Source: Tubiluchus corallicola
Taxonomy: Eukaryota; Animalia; Priapulida
Length of the DNA: 64,000 nucleotides
Reading direction: 5' to 3'
Assembly (NCBI GenBank): GCA_030141605.1
Contig: JAQGDQ010000818.1
Location: forward strand, 22,594 to 86,593
A program made the position numbers and the translations under genes. How positions within the stretch are numbered: position 1 is the stretch's first letter; each line of letters opens with the position of its first letter. Of the stretch, positions 1-12,799 are shown piece after piece. The notes under the pieces were generated by a model, which made no database searches, was not told the origin of the DNA, and worked only from the letters and a program-made list of their open reading frames with translations.

Positions 1-117
1 TATAAACGTATGTCGACTTTCGTATTTCTCATGGCTATGTAATGTTAATGTTTATTTTTTACTAATGTATAAACACATATCTTCGTGCCTAATAAACAAT
101 AACTAAATGTTTACAGT

Positions 118-275
118 GTGATTCGCTGTGTGAACCCACCTTAACAAAAACCATTCTCGCATTCCACTCTGTCGTGAATGGGATTCATTGTGTGAACCGG
201 CCTTAACAAAAACCATTCTCGCATTCCACTCTGTCGTGAATGGGATTCACTGTGTGAATCGACCTTAACAAAAAC
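118..275. repeat. Short tandem repeat, ~62-bp unit, ~2.5 copies
   Basis: ccttaacaaaaaccattctcgcattccactctgtcgtgaatgggattca.tgtgtgaa recurs near 139 and 201, partially near 263. Confidence 0.75.
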
Positions 276-802
276 CGTTTTTGTTACAGCAATTCTTGCA
301 TTCCATACGTTTGCCTGTACGTTGAACATGTGTAGGACGGTGGCCAGAAACTATCATATTACACGTACAACTAACTATACACAGCAGCTGCTGTACATAG
401 CTATGTCTTCCTGGAGAGGAGTGTTTCAAGTCTCCCTCGCTTAGACGTTCTTCAAAATATTCTCAAATGTTTAAGTGCGATGTTGACAAAACAGTATAAA
501 GTGCAGAGGCTGGCGCTTGGTTGATGAGTGGTTTATGGCTTTAGAAAACAGAAAAAGAGAGAGTTCGTTCAACATCTGATAATTTCTTCGCTAAACTTTG
601 CTAACGCCGCGTTAGCACGTTCCATCACTACGCGTATTACGTTCCTCTATAACAGTCTAACTATAAGAGCACTGACACACTACCAACTTTTGCCTTTCGA
701 CTGCGTTTACCAACAATAATCGTACGTGTGCGTAGTCGTCATTTGTTGTTGACTTTCAAAACCGATCAAAATTCATTTAACAAAGTGTACGTACTCTTAA
801 AT

Positions 803-1305
803 TGGTTGGCATCCTTCTGTCTCGGAAGACAATGGATTGTGCGCCAAGAGAGTCAGTTATTGATCACATTGATGGAGTTGCAGCGCCGACTGTGGCTGAG
901 CAGTGCGATCCTTGAACGTCTCCAGGGCGCACGCCTGGGCAAGGTGTATGGAGATACTGAGTTGCCCAGACAACAGGAACACCCTCTCTTCCTCCCTGGT
1001 GTAGTCCAAACGAAAGTGGAGCGATACGTGTGGCACCAGTTGGCTGCCGGAGTCAGTGAGCATGCTCCACTAGTCCGCCTTCGGGGCTCCACTCCTGATT
1101 TAGAAGGTTTACTCCTCTACACATGGCCGTTGGGTCACTTGAGCTCCTCCGCCTAGTGTTGAAATACAGTGTGGGCATCCCGTAAGCCTACAGCACCTGG
1201 TATTCCTAGGCGGTCACCCCCATCCAAGCATTAACCAGGCTCTACGTTGCTTAGCTTCGGTGATCAGACGAGAACCGGTGTTTTCAACGTGCTTTGGCCG
1301 CAGTC
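803..1305 (-). mobile_element. 5S rRNA-derived SINE (SINE3 type), full length
   Basis: 1184-1305 reverse-complements to a 5S-like sequence (..GTTGAAAACACCGGTTCTCGTCTGATCACCGAAGCTAAGC..TGGATGGGGTGACCGCCTAGGAATACCAGGTGCTGTAGGCTT). It is followed by a ~380-bp body shared with 11021-11502. A 10-bp direct repeat ACTCTTAAAT at 793-802 and 1306-1315 fits a target-site duplication (TSD). Confidence 0.85.
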
Positions 1306-1921
1306 ACTCTTAAATGGTAGTTAACTTATTCATTAGAAAATTATGATGGTGGTTTAACACTTAAAGCATATTAATTGATACATTAAATAAAATCCACAAA
1401 AATACATTAACTTTTGCTGCAAGACAGAAAAGTAGCACAAATCTATTTTCAAGCCAGAAGCCGGAATGTAATATCCACAAGTCCCAAAGTCCCAAATGTA
1501 AACTTGCTAAGAGGAGCCATCTGTCTGGCTGTTCTTCGTGGGCCAGATAGTACAATGAGTTCATCATGTGCTTATTCAACGCATGGCCTCGGGTTCGAAT
1601 CGCCAGTTGGTCACAATTTCTACACGTCTCCCTTTTCATCTGTCATTTTTCACAACTTCAGACCCATTCAGTTCCTCCTCACAGCGAGTTCATGAATACA
1701 AAACCATATTTCAATCAAAATTTAAACTAACAACTATCAATGTGAATGTGTCAATAGCGAGTATCATATTACAAAATCAATCTTGAAAGAAATTTTCTTA
1801 GTGTAGAAATTAAATGCTGAAAAAAATCTGAATATTCATAAAAAATTAAGCTTATTGTTATCAAGCTTTCACATTTAGAACTGGAAATAGATATAATAGT
1901 AATAATAATAATAATAAATCT

Positions 1922-2384
1922 AGCCACTGGGGGGGGGGGTGCAAGCCAGCCCAACTCAGTGCCGGTCCCAAGCCCGGATAAATAGGGAGGGTTAGGGTCA
2001 GGAAGGGCATCCGCCTGTAAAAACTGCGCCAAAACCTTCAATGAATGAGTCGGTGAGACTTAAAGGGAAAGTCCACAAAGAAGTGGTCAGACCCGCTCTA
2101 ATCTATGGGCTGGAAGAGAAGAAAATGGGTGTGGTGGAGATGAGGATGTTGAGATGGATGGTGGGAATAACAAGAGATAAAATTAGAAATAATAATATCA
2201 GAGGAACAGTAAAAGTAGTGGAAGCCTCGCAAGATTGCGATGGTATGGACACCTGAAAAGAAGAGTCGGTGAAGATCTTGTTGGAAAGGAAGACATAAAT
2301 GAAGAGATGGTCAACAACAGGAATGCATGGAGAAGACTCATTCACAACGGCGACCCCGTATAGGGAAAAGCTGGGAAGAAGAAG
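1922..2384 (+). mobile_element. Non-autonomous bipartite RTE-clade retroelement (5' UTR fused to 3' end)
   Basis: 5' motif GCCGGTCCCAAGCCCGGATAAA..GGAGGG..AGGAAGGGCATCC, typical of RTE 5' ends, joined to a degraded RTE ORF C-terminus (RLKGKVHKEVVRPALIYG..EMRMLRW..IRN..IRG..LRWYGH) and a (GAA)n tail. TSD AATAATAATAAATCT at 1907-1921 and 2385-2399. Confidence 0.8.
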
Positions 2385-2862
2385 AATAATAATAAATCTT
2401 TATTAAAGAAATGAACATATGTAGAAAAAGGTGCCTCTTTTTGCAGGCTCAGATCAACAATTTACATTTTCATACAACAAATCTTTTAAATATTTCCAGT
2501 TTCATACTATGTACAACGAATAACATATTATACTTAAATTAGATTTAATTTCAAATGATTCACAAGTATTATACACATGAATTAACTTTATACACATACA
2601 TAATTTATTTTTGCATACTCGAGCGGGTCTAAATTAACAATTATTTAGTATAAAACTATCTCTGATCAGGTTAGTAAAAGCCATTATTAAATTTTTATCA
2701 GATTGAAGCATAATATTACTTGCATAATTGGCATCAGCTATTTCTATGAAACGCATTCTTTTTGTATTATCTACTTTATTGCATCTGAATAAAATGTGCT
2801 GAGGCGTTTGCTCTTCTTCTCCACATGGACATAAACTAGTATCACTCATATTAAGTCTATAA
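2385..2862 (-). mobile_element. 5'-truncated LINE 3' end (I-group-like, C-terminal CCHC zinc knuckle)
   Basis: YRLNMSDTSLCPCGEEEQTPQHILFRC matches the CxC-x7-H-x4-C motif of non-LTR ORF2 C-termini, followed by a 3' UTR with AATAAA and a (TTA)n tail that is split by the RTE insertion. Confidence 0.65.
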
Positions 2863-2896
2863 ATTTATGGAAATAGACAGAAAATAGAAATTTATG

Positions 2897-4514
2897 AAAC
2901 AACAGTTGCCACCAACTTTGCCTCGCATTAGCAGAAAAGCAAGTTTCGTTACAGTAGAACACTGTTGCTAAACAAGAAATAAAACAACAGTTGCGACCAA
3001 CTTTGTCTCGCATTAGCAGAAAAGCAAGTTTCGTTACAGTAGAACACTGTTGCTAAACAAGAAATAAAACAACAGTTGCGACCAACTTTGTCTCGCATTA
3101 GCAGAAAAGCAAGTTTCGTTACAGTAACACACTGTTGCTAAACAAGAAATAAAACAACAGTTGCCACCAACTTTGCCTCGCATTAGCAGAAAAGCAAGTT
3201 TCGTTACAGTAACACACTGTTGCTAAACAAGAAATAAAACAACAGTTGCCACCAACTTTGTCCCGCATTAGCAGAAAAGCAAGTTTCGTTACAGTAAAAC
3301 ACTGTTGCTAAACAAGAAATAAAACAACAGTTGCGACCAACTTTGTCTCGCATTAGCAGAAAAGCAAGTTTCGTTACAGTAGAACACTGTTGCTAAACAA
3401 GAAATAAAACAACAGTTGCGACCAACTTTGTCTCGCATTAGCAGAAAAGCAAGTTTCGTTACAGTAGAACACTGTTGCTAAACAAGAAATGAAACAACAG
3501 TTGCGACCAACTTTGTCTCGCATTAGCAGAAAAGCAAGTTTCGTTACAGTAGAACACTGTTGCTAAACAAGAAATAAAACAACAGTTGCGACCAACTTTG
3601 TCCCGCATTAGCAGAAAAGCAAGTTTCGTTACAGTAGAACACTGTTGCTAAACAAGAAATAAAACAACAGTTGCGACCAACTTTGTCTCGCATTAGCAGA
3701 AAAGCAAGTTTCGTTACAGTAGAACACTGTTGCTAAACAAGAAATAAAACAACAGTTGTGACCAACTTTGTCCTGCATTAACAGAAAAGCAAGTTTCGTT
3801 ACAGTAGAACACTGTTGCTAAACAAGAAATAAAACAACAGTTGTGACCAACTTTGTCTCGCATTAGCTGAAAAGCAAGTTTCGTTACAGTAAAACTGTTG
3901 CTAAACAAGAAATAAAACAACAGTTGCGACCAACTTTGTCTCGCATTAGCTGAAAAGCAAGTTTCGTTACAGTAAAACTGTTGCTAAACAAGAAATAAAA
4001 CAACAGTTGCGACCAACTTTGTCTCGCATTAGCAGAAAAGCAAGTTTCGTTACAGTAAAACACTGTTGCTAAACAAGAAATAAAACAACAGTTGCGACCA
4101 ACTTTGTCCCGCATAAGCAGAAAAGCAAGTTTCGTTACAGTAGAACACTGTTGCTAAACAAGAAATAAAACAACAGTTGCGACCAACTTTGTCTCGCATT
4201 AGCAGAAAAGCAAGTTTCGTTACAGTAGAACACTGTTGCTAAACAAGAAATAAAACAACAGTTGTGACCAACTTTGTCTCGCATTAGCAGAAAAGCAAGT
4301 TTTGTTACAGTAGAACACTGTTGCTAAACAAGAAATAAAACAACAGTTGCGACCAACTTTGTCCCGCATTAGCAGAAAAGCAAGTTTTGTTACAGTAGAA
4401 CACTGTTGCTAAACAAGAAATAAAACAACAGTTGCGACCAACTTTGTCCTGCATTAGCAGAAAAGCAAGTTTCGTTACAGTAGAACACTGTTGCTAAACA
4501 AGAAATAAAACAAC
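2897..4514. repeat. Minisatellite, 85-bp unit, ~19 copies
   Basis: aacagttgcgaccaactttgtctcgcattagcagaaaagcaagtttcgttacagtagaacactgttgctaaacaagaaataaaac; period measured 3071 to 3156. Confidence 0.95.
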
Positions 4515-4604
4515 TAGCAACTATTAAGAAAACCCAATAAAACCGACTCATCATTCGGTCAGTGACGCTTAGCAGCCATCAATGGATGACTGGATGGTGA
4601 CCAA

Positions 4605-5850
4605 TTCAGGCTGCAACAAAATAATGCAGCTATACGCATCAGGCGGCAACAAAATAATGCAACTGTACGCTTCAGGCGGCAACAAAATAATGCAACTGTA
4701 CGCTTCAGGCGGCAACAAAATAATGCAACTGTACGCACCCACAAAAAAAACAACTTACGCTTCAGGCGCAACAAAATAATGCAACTTAGTTCAGGCGGCA
4801 ACAAAATAATGCAACTATACGCTTCAGGCTGCAACAAAATAATGCAACTATACGCTTCAGGCTGCAACAAAATAATGCAACTATATGCTTCAGGCGGCAA
4901 CAAAATAATGCAACTATACGCTTCAGGCGGCAACAAAATAATGCAACTATACGCTTCAGGCGGCAACAAAATAATGCAACTATACGCTTCAGGCTGCAAC
5001 AAAATAATGCAACTATACGCTTCAGGCTGCAACAAAATAATGCAACTGTACGCTTCAGGCTGCAAAAAAAATAATGCAACTGTACGCTTCAGGCTGCAAC
5101 AAAATAATGCAACTATACACTTCAGGCGGCAACAAAATAATGCAACTATACGCTTCAGGCTGCAACAAAATAATGCAACTATACGCTTCAGGCGGCAACA
5201 AAATAATGCAACTATACGCTTCAGGCTGCAACAAAATAATGCAACTATATGTTTCAGGCGGCAACAAAATAATGCAACTATACGCTTCAGGCTGCAACAA
5301 AATAATGCAACTATACGCTTCAGGCTGCAACAAAATAATGCAACTGTACGCTTCAGGCTGCAAAAAAAATAATGCAACTGTACGCTTCAGGCTGCAACAA
5401 AATAATGCAACTATACACTTCAGGCGGCAACAAAATAATGCAACTGTACGCTTCAGGCGGCAACAAAATAATGCAACTATACGCTTCAGGCTGCAACAAA
5501 ATAATGCAACTGTACGCTTCAGGCGGCAACAAAATAATGCAACTATACGCTTCAGGCTGCAACAAAATAATGCAACTATACGCTTCAGGCTGCAACAAAA
5601 TAATGCAACCATACGCTTCAGGCGGCAACAAAATAATGCAACCATACACTTCAGGCGGCAACAAAATAATGCAACTATATGCTTCAGGTTGCAACAAAAT
5701 AATGCAACTATACGCTTCAGACTGCAACAAAATAATGCAACTGTACGCTTCAGGTGGCAACAAAATAATGCAACTATATGCTTCAGGCTGCAACAAAATA
5801 ATGCAACTATACGCTTCAGGCGGCAACAAAATAATGCAACTGTACAGCAA
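4605..5850. repeat. Minisatellite, 33-bp unit, ~38 copies
   Basis: ttcaggc(g/t)gcaacaaaataatgcaactatacgc; gives the 11-aa periodic artefact ORFs. Confidence 0.95.
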
Positions 5851-6572
5851 AAATGCCTCAAAATTCAAGCAACTTTCCCAAAAGTGCATAGGCATTCATT
5901 CGATGGGATTTGTGGAAGATTTAAAATGTCGCTTTAACAAATGACTAGCATTTAGAGCACGTCAGAGCAAAAGCGAAACGTAAACTGAATAAAACGTAAG
6001 TTTGACATTGAGATAATTACGCTTAGCTGAAATGATGTGTCGGTGAAGAATCGACGAATTCGTCCGATCTGATGGTCGAATCGCTCGTCTGTCGAATCGA
6101 TCTCAATCATTCCAAACAAGTGCGCGTTAATAAAAGAACGTTACAACCAACTTCCATACGTCACAAACTCTTCACTTCAACTTACAATCTACGGAAACGC
6201 CATCTGATGTGTTTTTATCGAAACTACACTTATATACGTCAAACGGTGATACAAAAAAATTAAACCTTCAGTACCACAGTGTACTATAGATACATAAAAG
6301 TATAACCCTTTAAGTAAGCAGACAAGACTGGTAGCAAAATTTATGATATTTGCTTATGATATTAAACTGAACCCCGATTCTTGACCTTTGCACCACTGGT
6401 TACATTGATAGTCTCGTAATATAACTTTCAGTCTTGTCACAGACTCTAGTTGGTGTGTCACGGACCAAAATGGTAATATTTGATGAACATGGGTTACTGA
6501 GTAACTACTGAGAATATCTAATGTTCATTTAGGCCTGAATATTACATAGTTTTAGTTCAGCTAGAATAAATT

Positions 6573-7045
6573 GGTGTGCAAATTGCGGCCCGCCGAGGGA
6601 ATTTGTGCGGCCCGCGAAGAGATTTGTCAACCTAATGAAAGTGCGGCCCGGGCGATTAATTGAGCGTATCCAGTTGAAGTCCGTGCCACGATCCCAAAGA
6701 TAGTGCGGGTAGTTTCTCCTACTAGATCGGATGCCATTAACCCTTACAAGACGGTTGTAGCTTAATGTCACTGTACTACACAGACTGTGTGATACACATT
6801 ACTAATATGCATTGTAATGAAATTACCACTATCTGTCCTGAAAGTAGAAATATATGGTTTGTAATATAAATTTTAATAACTTCTAAAATAGTTTCTTGAG
6901 TGTAGTAGTAATGATGTACGCAGGTCGGATGCAAAAAAATCGTTATTAGGCCTTTCTGTACTTGGCTCCTTGACCAAACTGCCTGTGACCAAATTGCGGG
7001 AAAGTTTAATGTGGCCCGGCTAGTCAGATAATTTGCACACCCCTG
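6573..7045 (+). mobile_element. hAT-type MITE family A, copy 1 (left TIR eroded)
   Basis: GGTGTGCAAATTGCGGCCC..TTTGCACACCCCTG; internal sequence shared with five other copies in the window. Confidence 0.85.
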
Positions 7046-7219
7046 GTGTAGATGGTCTGCAATGGTCTTAATGAGATTATAATGATTCCTATTCATTTAT
7101 TGAATTAAACCATTTCTGACAAAAAACTAGATAAAAATATCTATACAAATAATCCCATGAATCCCAAGAAACCCAAATTTCTTTGAGTCATGCAGTGATA
7201 TCAAACAAATATGTTCATC

Positions 7220-7220
7220 A

Positions 7221-7285
<65 letters not shown>

Positions 7286-7310
7286 ACGCGCATGTGCGTG
7301 TGCGTATGCA
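7220..7310. repeat. (TG)n microsatellite
   Basis: Direct reading. Confidence 0.9.
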
Positions 7311-7463
7311 TATATATGTAATTATGTACAAACATATACCTATACTTCTTGTTTCGTATACATAAGTTTTTGTCACTAATAAATGTTAATATTATAATCT
7401 CAATTTAGCCAAAAACAAAACAAAAAAGGCCTACAATATGAATGTTGCTGAATTGCTGTTTAA

Positions 7464-7818
7464 CCCTTTCATACCCGTTGTATCCCGTGAGATACGAGAA
7501 CATTTTCTGCCTTTGAAATTAATAAAATTTTAAAACTGACAGTTATTTGATCTGTTAATAGTTATTTTGATTTAAGCCAATAAAAACAGACTGAAAATGG
7601 TGATAAAATGGCAAACTAGAAAATCTACATAGCATAAAAAACTGCGCAAGGTACAGTACTTTAGAGACGACTTTGTACAGATAAGCATATCATGCATACT
7701 AAATGTCTTAAATACTTTAATAAATTATCAGCAGTTGCAAAATGAAGCACATTTTTTGCTTTTGTTGTGTCTTTAAAAAAGTTTTTCTTATTAAAAAACT
7801 AATTTGGGACTGAAAGGG
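7464..7818 (+). mobile_element. piggyBac-type MITE (internally shorter copy)
   Basis: TTAA-CCCTTTCA..TGAAAGGG-TTAA; body shared with 31939-32397 and 36039-36498. Confidence 0.85.
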
Positions 7819-8287
7819 TTAAAGGAGTCCAGCAAACATCAGTGAGTGAAGCCAAAATTTAATCAACTTAATCAACCCATTAAACCTGATTTTAAATATT
7901 AACAACCATCTATTAATTGTTCAACAGAGTTTATGGCTTCAGCCTGTCCACATCCTAAAACAATTTTGAATTTGCTGGGGCTGAATAGACTGGCTTCTTT
8001 AAACGAAGCCGGAAACTGGAAAATGTTTTTGTTTAGACACTATGACCAATGAACAGTATTCAAAATTATTTATCCAGCGCAACAATCTGCGCCATCAGTT
8101 CTCAAAGAAATTTACCATTTGATGGTTTTAATTCGCCCTGTAGTCTACAATAGGCTGCTAGTGTTTAGCTCTTTTTAGATTTTTGTGTAACATGACTAAA
8201 AGAATTGCTAAATGCTTTAATGTAAATGTAGTTGATCTGTACCAATTTGCTTTCTTTATTGAAAAACTATAATACATGTATAAAGAG

Positions 8288-8338
8288 CTACATACATGCA
8301 TGCATACGCACACACACACATACATACACACACACACA

Positions 8339-8386
<48 letters not shown>

Positions 8387-8460
8387 CACACATACATACA
8401 TACATACATACATACATACATAATACATACATACATACATACATACATACATACATAATA
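8288..8460. repeat. Compound (CA)n/(CACG)n/(TACA)n microsatellite
   Basis: Direct reading. Confidence 0.9.
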
Positions 8461-9559
8461 CACATTGAAAATACATAATACATACACAAAAATACACATA
8501 CTGTGAAGTGTGTAGTGACTTATGAGGCATCCTATATAGTACACAAAAAATTATTTTCAGTACACAAATAAATATACGCAATCTATTGTTAAAATTAATC
8601 AAAATGTTGATTCTAAAGTGAATTTTCACTTTGTGCATGCAGTGCCAAAAAATAGTATGTTTACTGTACATCACAGGGACTAATTAGTCTTCCCTATAAA
8701 ACCTAGAAGCTGAGTCAACAAAATACGTTTCCCATTCGCCTGTATACAAGCTGCCCTACTGCACGCGCTGAAAGAGAATTTACTGCAGTCAGTTGCTGAC
8801 AATAAATTATTACTGCTGCAGCGGGGAAATGCAGTAATTTAGAATATGTTCAGCGCATTGTATCGGCCAATTACAGCAACCGAGTGAACACGTGTGCAAT
8901 AAAGACATATTGACAGCTCTGTCACGGTGCAAATTGTGTAGCAATATTAAAACTGTGAATCATGCAAACATCCGCTGGAGTAGAACAAAATCGGACAAAC
9001 TGTTGACCAGGGTTCTGTGGCGCCAGCCCTCCTCAAGATCGAAACAACATCAATCAGGCCTACCCAGTTCAAATAACAAAACAGAGAACAAAGTGCCACG
9101 GTCACTCAAATGACCAGTTATAACGAAAAACTTTCGAAGAATTATCAAGGATACTACGCTGACCACAGCTAACAAATAAACCAAGGTGTAATAATTACTT
9201 AAATAACATGGCAAGCAATCTCTTTGGAAAATTGAAAATTCGAGTGACTAAAAAGTGTGCTAAACAGTTACAGTTACACCAGGCTTTAGATTTACGCTTT
9301 AAATTCGATATACTTTTGCTCAGTTTTATTCCATCTATAGACGTTGAGGCATTACCATATACTAGGACATTCCACCCAATCCTATCTGCAGCCAACAGTT
9401 CCTAAAGCTAGATTTGGTTGATGTTGTTGAATATTTTTTTTATTTTTCTTAGCTATCCAAGTCGTTTTTGGTTTGTTACGTGTGTTTGCAAGGTTTGAAG
9501 GCTTCCTTTAAGGCAATTCTTACTGCTGTTTCAGTAAATATCAAACTACATGTATTCCT

Positions 9560-10326
9560 GTGAACAAGGGTGTGGGCAATGATGTGAACAATGAAGTGAA
9601 CAATGATGTGAAAAAGGATGTGGACAATGATGTGGACAATGAAGTGAACAATGATGTAAGCAATGATGTGAACAATGATGTGAACAGTGATGTGAACAAT
9701 GATGTGGACAATGATGTGAACAATAATGTGGACAATGATGTGGACAATAATGTGAACAATGATGTGAACGAGGATGTGGACAAGGATGTGAACAATGATG
9801 TGAACAATGATGTGAGCAGTGATGTGAACAATAATGTGGACAATGATGTGGAAAATAATGTGAACAATGATGTGAACGAGGATGTGGACAAGGATGTGAA
9901 CAATGATGTGGAGAATGATGTGAACAATAATGTGAACAATAATGTGAACAATGATGTGGACAATGATGTGAATAATAATGTGAACAATGATGTGGACAAT
10001 AATGTGAACAATGATGTGGACAATGATGCGAACAATGATGTGAGCAATAATGTGAACAATGATGTGAACAAGGATGTGAACAATAATGTGAACAATAATG
10101 TGAACAATGATGTGAACAATAATGTGGACAATGATGTGAACAATGATGTGAACAATGATGTGGACAATGATGTAAGCAATGATGTGGCCAATGATGTGAA
10201 CAATGATGTGAACAATGATGTAAACAATGATGTGGACAATGATGTGGACAATGATGTAAGCAATGATGTGGCCAATGATGTGAACAATGATGTAAGCAAT
10301 GATGCGGACACCATAAACAATGATGT
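9560..10326. repeat. Minisatellite, 12-bp unit (aatgatgtgaac), ~64 copies
   Basis: Direct reading; explains the NDVN and TSLF artefact ORFs. Confidence 0.93.
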
Positions 10327-11020
10327 AGGCCTGTGGTAATTACATAACAATCAACTAATCAGATCCAAGTCAGTGAACCCCTGAGCTTCTGTTAACTAAG
10401 CACTCTGGATGGAGAGCCTTTTTGACACCATTCAGTTTACCTGCCAAACTCAAAGGAAGACCTATTTATGTAAATCGCAGTGGCAGAACTGCAACCTAGC
10501 TGTTTGTTACGGATAAACTCATAAAATGAGACAATGAATACACAGAGGTGTTACAAACCAGATGCACATTTGAAAGTGTGTAAAGTACAAGCTTTACAGC
10601 AAAAGTAAATAACCATGGACAGCATGCTAGATGAAACTATACAGAACAAGTGTTGAACTCTGACAACACTCGATTCACTAACCAAACTTGGTGTTGCTTA
10701 ACTTTGGTTGCTGAGCAATCACTTGATACACACTCGGCTATTCATCGTTGCCAAAAGACAAGCCATCAGGACAGTTAATTTCAAAATGTAAGAACACAAA
10801 ACTATTAATAACCGAGAAAAAAACTGAAAAATCTCAAAAACTCGAAAGTCAACTTGCTGTCCAGAATTTGCTCTACAGAAAAACGAATGCAGTGTATTTG
10901 ATATGCACACAAATATAAAAACAAATAACTAGACACATTGGCTTGGAGAAACGGTCAATGCAGCAATTGTATTAAATGACTTTAATTGTCTATTATTTGA
11001 TGCAGTATATTTGTGGAAGA

Positions 11021-11502
11021 CCCTGGTTAGTACTTGGATGGGTGACCGCGTAGGAATGCCAGGTGCTGTAGGCTTGCAGGATGCCCACACTGTATCTCGA
11101 CACTAGGCGGAGGAGCTGCACAAGCAGCCAACGGCTAGAGGGTGGAGGAGGTCAAGTGACCCAGCGGCCATGTGTAGACGAGTAAACCTTCCAAATCAGG
11201 AGTGGAGCCCCGAAGGCGGACCAGTGCAGCATGCTCACTGACTCCGGCAGCTCCAGCAGCCAAGCTGGTGCCAAACGTATCGCTCCGCTTTCCTTTGGAC
11301 TACACCAGGGAGGAAGAGAGGGGTTCCTGTTGTCTGGGCAACTGAGGATCTCTATACACCTTGCCCAGGCCTGCGCCCTGGAGACGTTAAAGGGTCGCAC
11401 TGCTCAGCCACAGTCGACGCTACAGCTCCATCAATGTGATCAATAACCGACTCTCTTGGCACACACTCCATTGTCTTCCGAGACAGAAGGGTGCCAACCT
11501 AA
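11021..11502 (+). mobile_element. 5S-derived SINE, copy 2 (5'-truncated inside the 5S head)
   Basis: Starts CCCTGGTTAGTACTTGGATGGGTGACCGCGTAGGAATGCCAGGTGCTGTAGGCTT (3' part of 5S); body matches copy 1; near-TSD ATA(T/C)TTGTGGA at 11007-11017 and 11503-11513. Confidence 0.85.
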
Positions 11503-12061
11503 ATACTTGTGGAGAAATATCTTACATATCATAAGAAAAGTGCTGAACAAAAAAATACTACAAATCAGCATTTGAAACACAGCAACAAAGTAGCCATACT
11601 TGGATATCTATTTCACTAGCTTATATACATTGCAATTAATACTAACTGTATGTTTTACAGGACATTGTCTACCTTATCTACATTGAAAACCTCTAGGAAA
11701 ACAAGTTTAAGTGTCCTTTCCTCCAACTCTTAAACACCATCTGTGTCACCGTGCATATTTTGTGCAAGAACTGGTCCTCCGAATCATCAAAGTCACCACC
11801 ACAATGGAAGCAACGTTGAGAGGAACTCAGATGAGAGAAAAAGACCCGATGACTGAAAAGCGTAAGTGTGAGTATCATCATCGCCAGCCATTTCTCATAT
11901 CCGAGTTCTTCCCAATGTCGCTCCTAATCTGATATCGTAGTAAATTTTACATATTTTAGCTTACTGTGCCTGCAGTAGACAAAATATTTACACTGATATC
12001 TAGGTACAGAAAATCAGCATTAGAAATTCTAATGCTGTAGAATAAAGACATTTGATCTTAC

Positions 12062-12799
12062 CTGATTTTCTGACTGAGCAAGCCTCAGCTGTTCGGACAT
12101 CATCACGTATTTCGTTGCTTCCTCTTTTCGCATCGCCCGCTCCTTTTTCAGCTCCGGGCTCCAGAAGGTCTTGATGCTGTTCATGCTGGAACTCAGCTTC
12201 TGATTGGCTTGGTCCAGATCCTGGTGTAGAATGCTGCACTCTCGCTGTAGCTCACAGATCTGCGCTTGGAGGTCCAGGATGAGTTGAGAGTCGCGGTAAC
12301 CGAATCGTTCGGCGTACGACGATGCTTGACTGTGTGACCGTTCCGGCTCCATGTCGTGAGGGTCAAGGTACCACCGGTCACTGGTGCTGAAGGGTAATCC
12401 GTACTGGTCACCGCCACGCTCCAGAGAGCGACCCCGCGGCAGAGCGTGTCGATGGTTGCGTAGAGTGGCGTACTCTCGCTCGTACACATCGCCGGTGCGA
12501 TCGTATGATCTGTCCCGACTGCCGATGCGCACATTAGTGAGCGAACTCGAGCGTCCATGTAGAGTGGTGTGTGGTGGAGATGACGCCCGGTCGCGACCCT
12601 CTGTCAAAAATGTTTGACTATATGCAGCATTCACCGACTGCAAATTCTCCAATGTCAGAGGGCTGCCGGTCTCAGAGCGAGATGTGCCAGCCGGTTTCCG
12701 GTGCCGGCTGGGCGACATCATGCGAGTCGCGGGACTTGTCCGGGCCGAACTGTTGTGTTCCGACCGCCGAGATGGCTTGGGCGAATGCGCACTATACAT
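12062..12799 (-). CDS. ERC1: ERC/ELKS/CAST family active-zone protein, first coding exon (orthologue of vertebrate ERC1/ERC2; gene continues toward lower coordinates)
   Basis: ATG at 12799 (MYSAHSPK..). Contains LTLENLQSVNAAY and ILDLQAQ..KLSSSMNSIKTFWSPELKKERAMRKEEA..ENQ, hallmark ERC/CAST N-terminal motifs. Phase-0 donor CAG|GTAAG at 12062/12061. Acceptor ttttttgtttgcag before 12957, so 12800-12957 is 5' UTR. Confidence 0.93.

Noticed and set aside
1184-1305. Functional 5S rRNA gene
   Set aside because: Diverged, lacks an oligo-T terminator, is fused to a repeated body and is bounded by a TSD; treated as a SINE head
1540-1615. tRNA-like head with B box GGTTCGAATC
   Set aside because: No convincing cloverleaf, second copy or tail; at most an old SINE remnant
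2897-5850. Regular repeats resembling a CRISPR array (also 13225-14505, 52025-53090, 59850-61995)
   Set aside because: Units are head-to-tail with no unique spacers, there are no cas genes, and the context is intron-containing eukaryotic DNA
4559-5944. Long ORFs in several frames
   Set aside because: Products of the 33-bp tandem repeat; no splice or homology support
9541-10350. 269-aa and 259-aa N/D/V- or S/T/L-rich ORFs
   Set aside because: Stop-free 12-bp repeat open on both strands; no link to the ERC reading frame
11693-11932. Possible second ERC exon or small exon
   Set aside because: Translations do not resemble the expected coiled-coil continuation, and the splice signals are unconvincing
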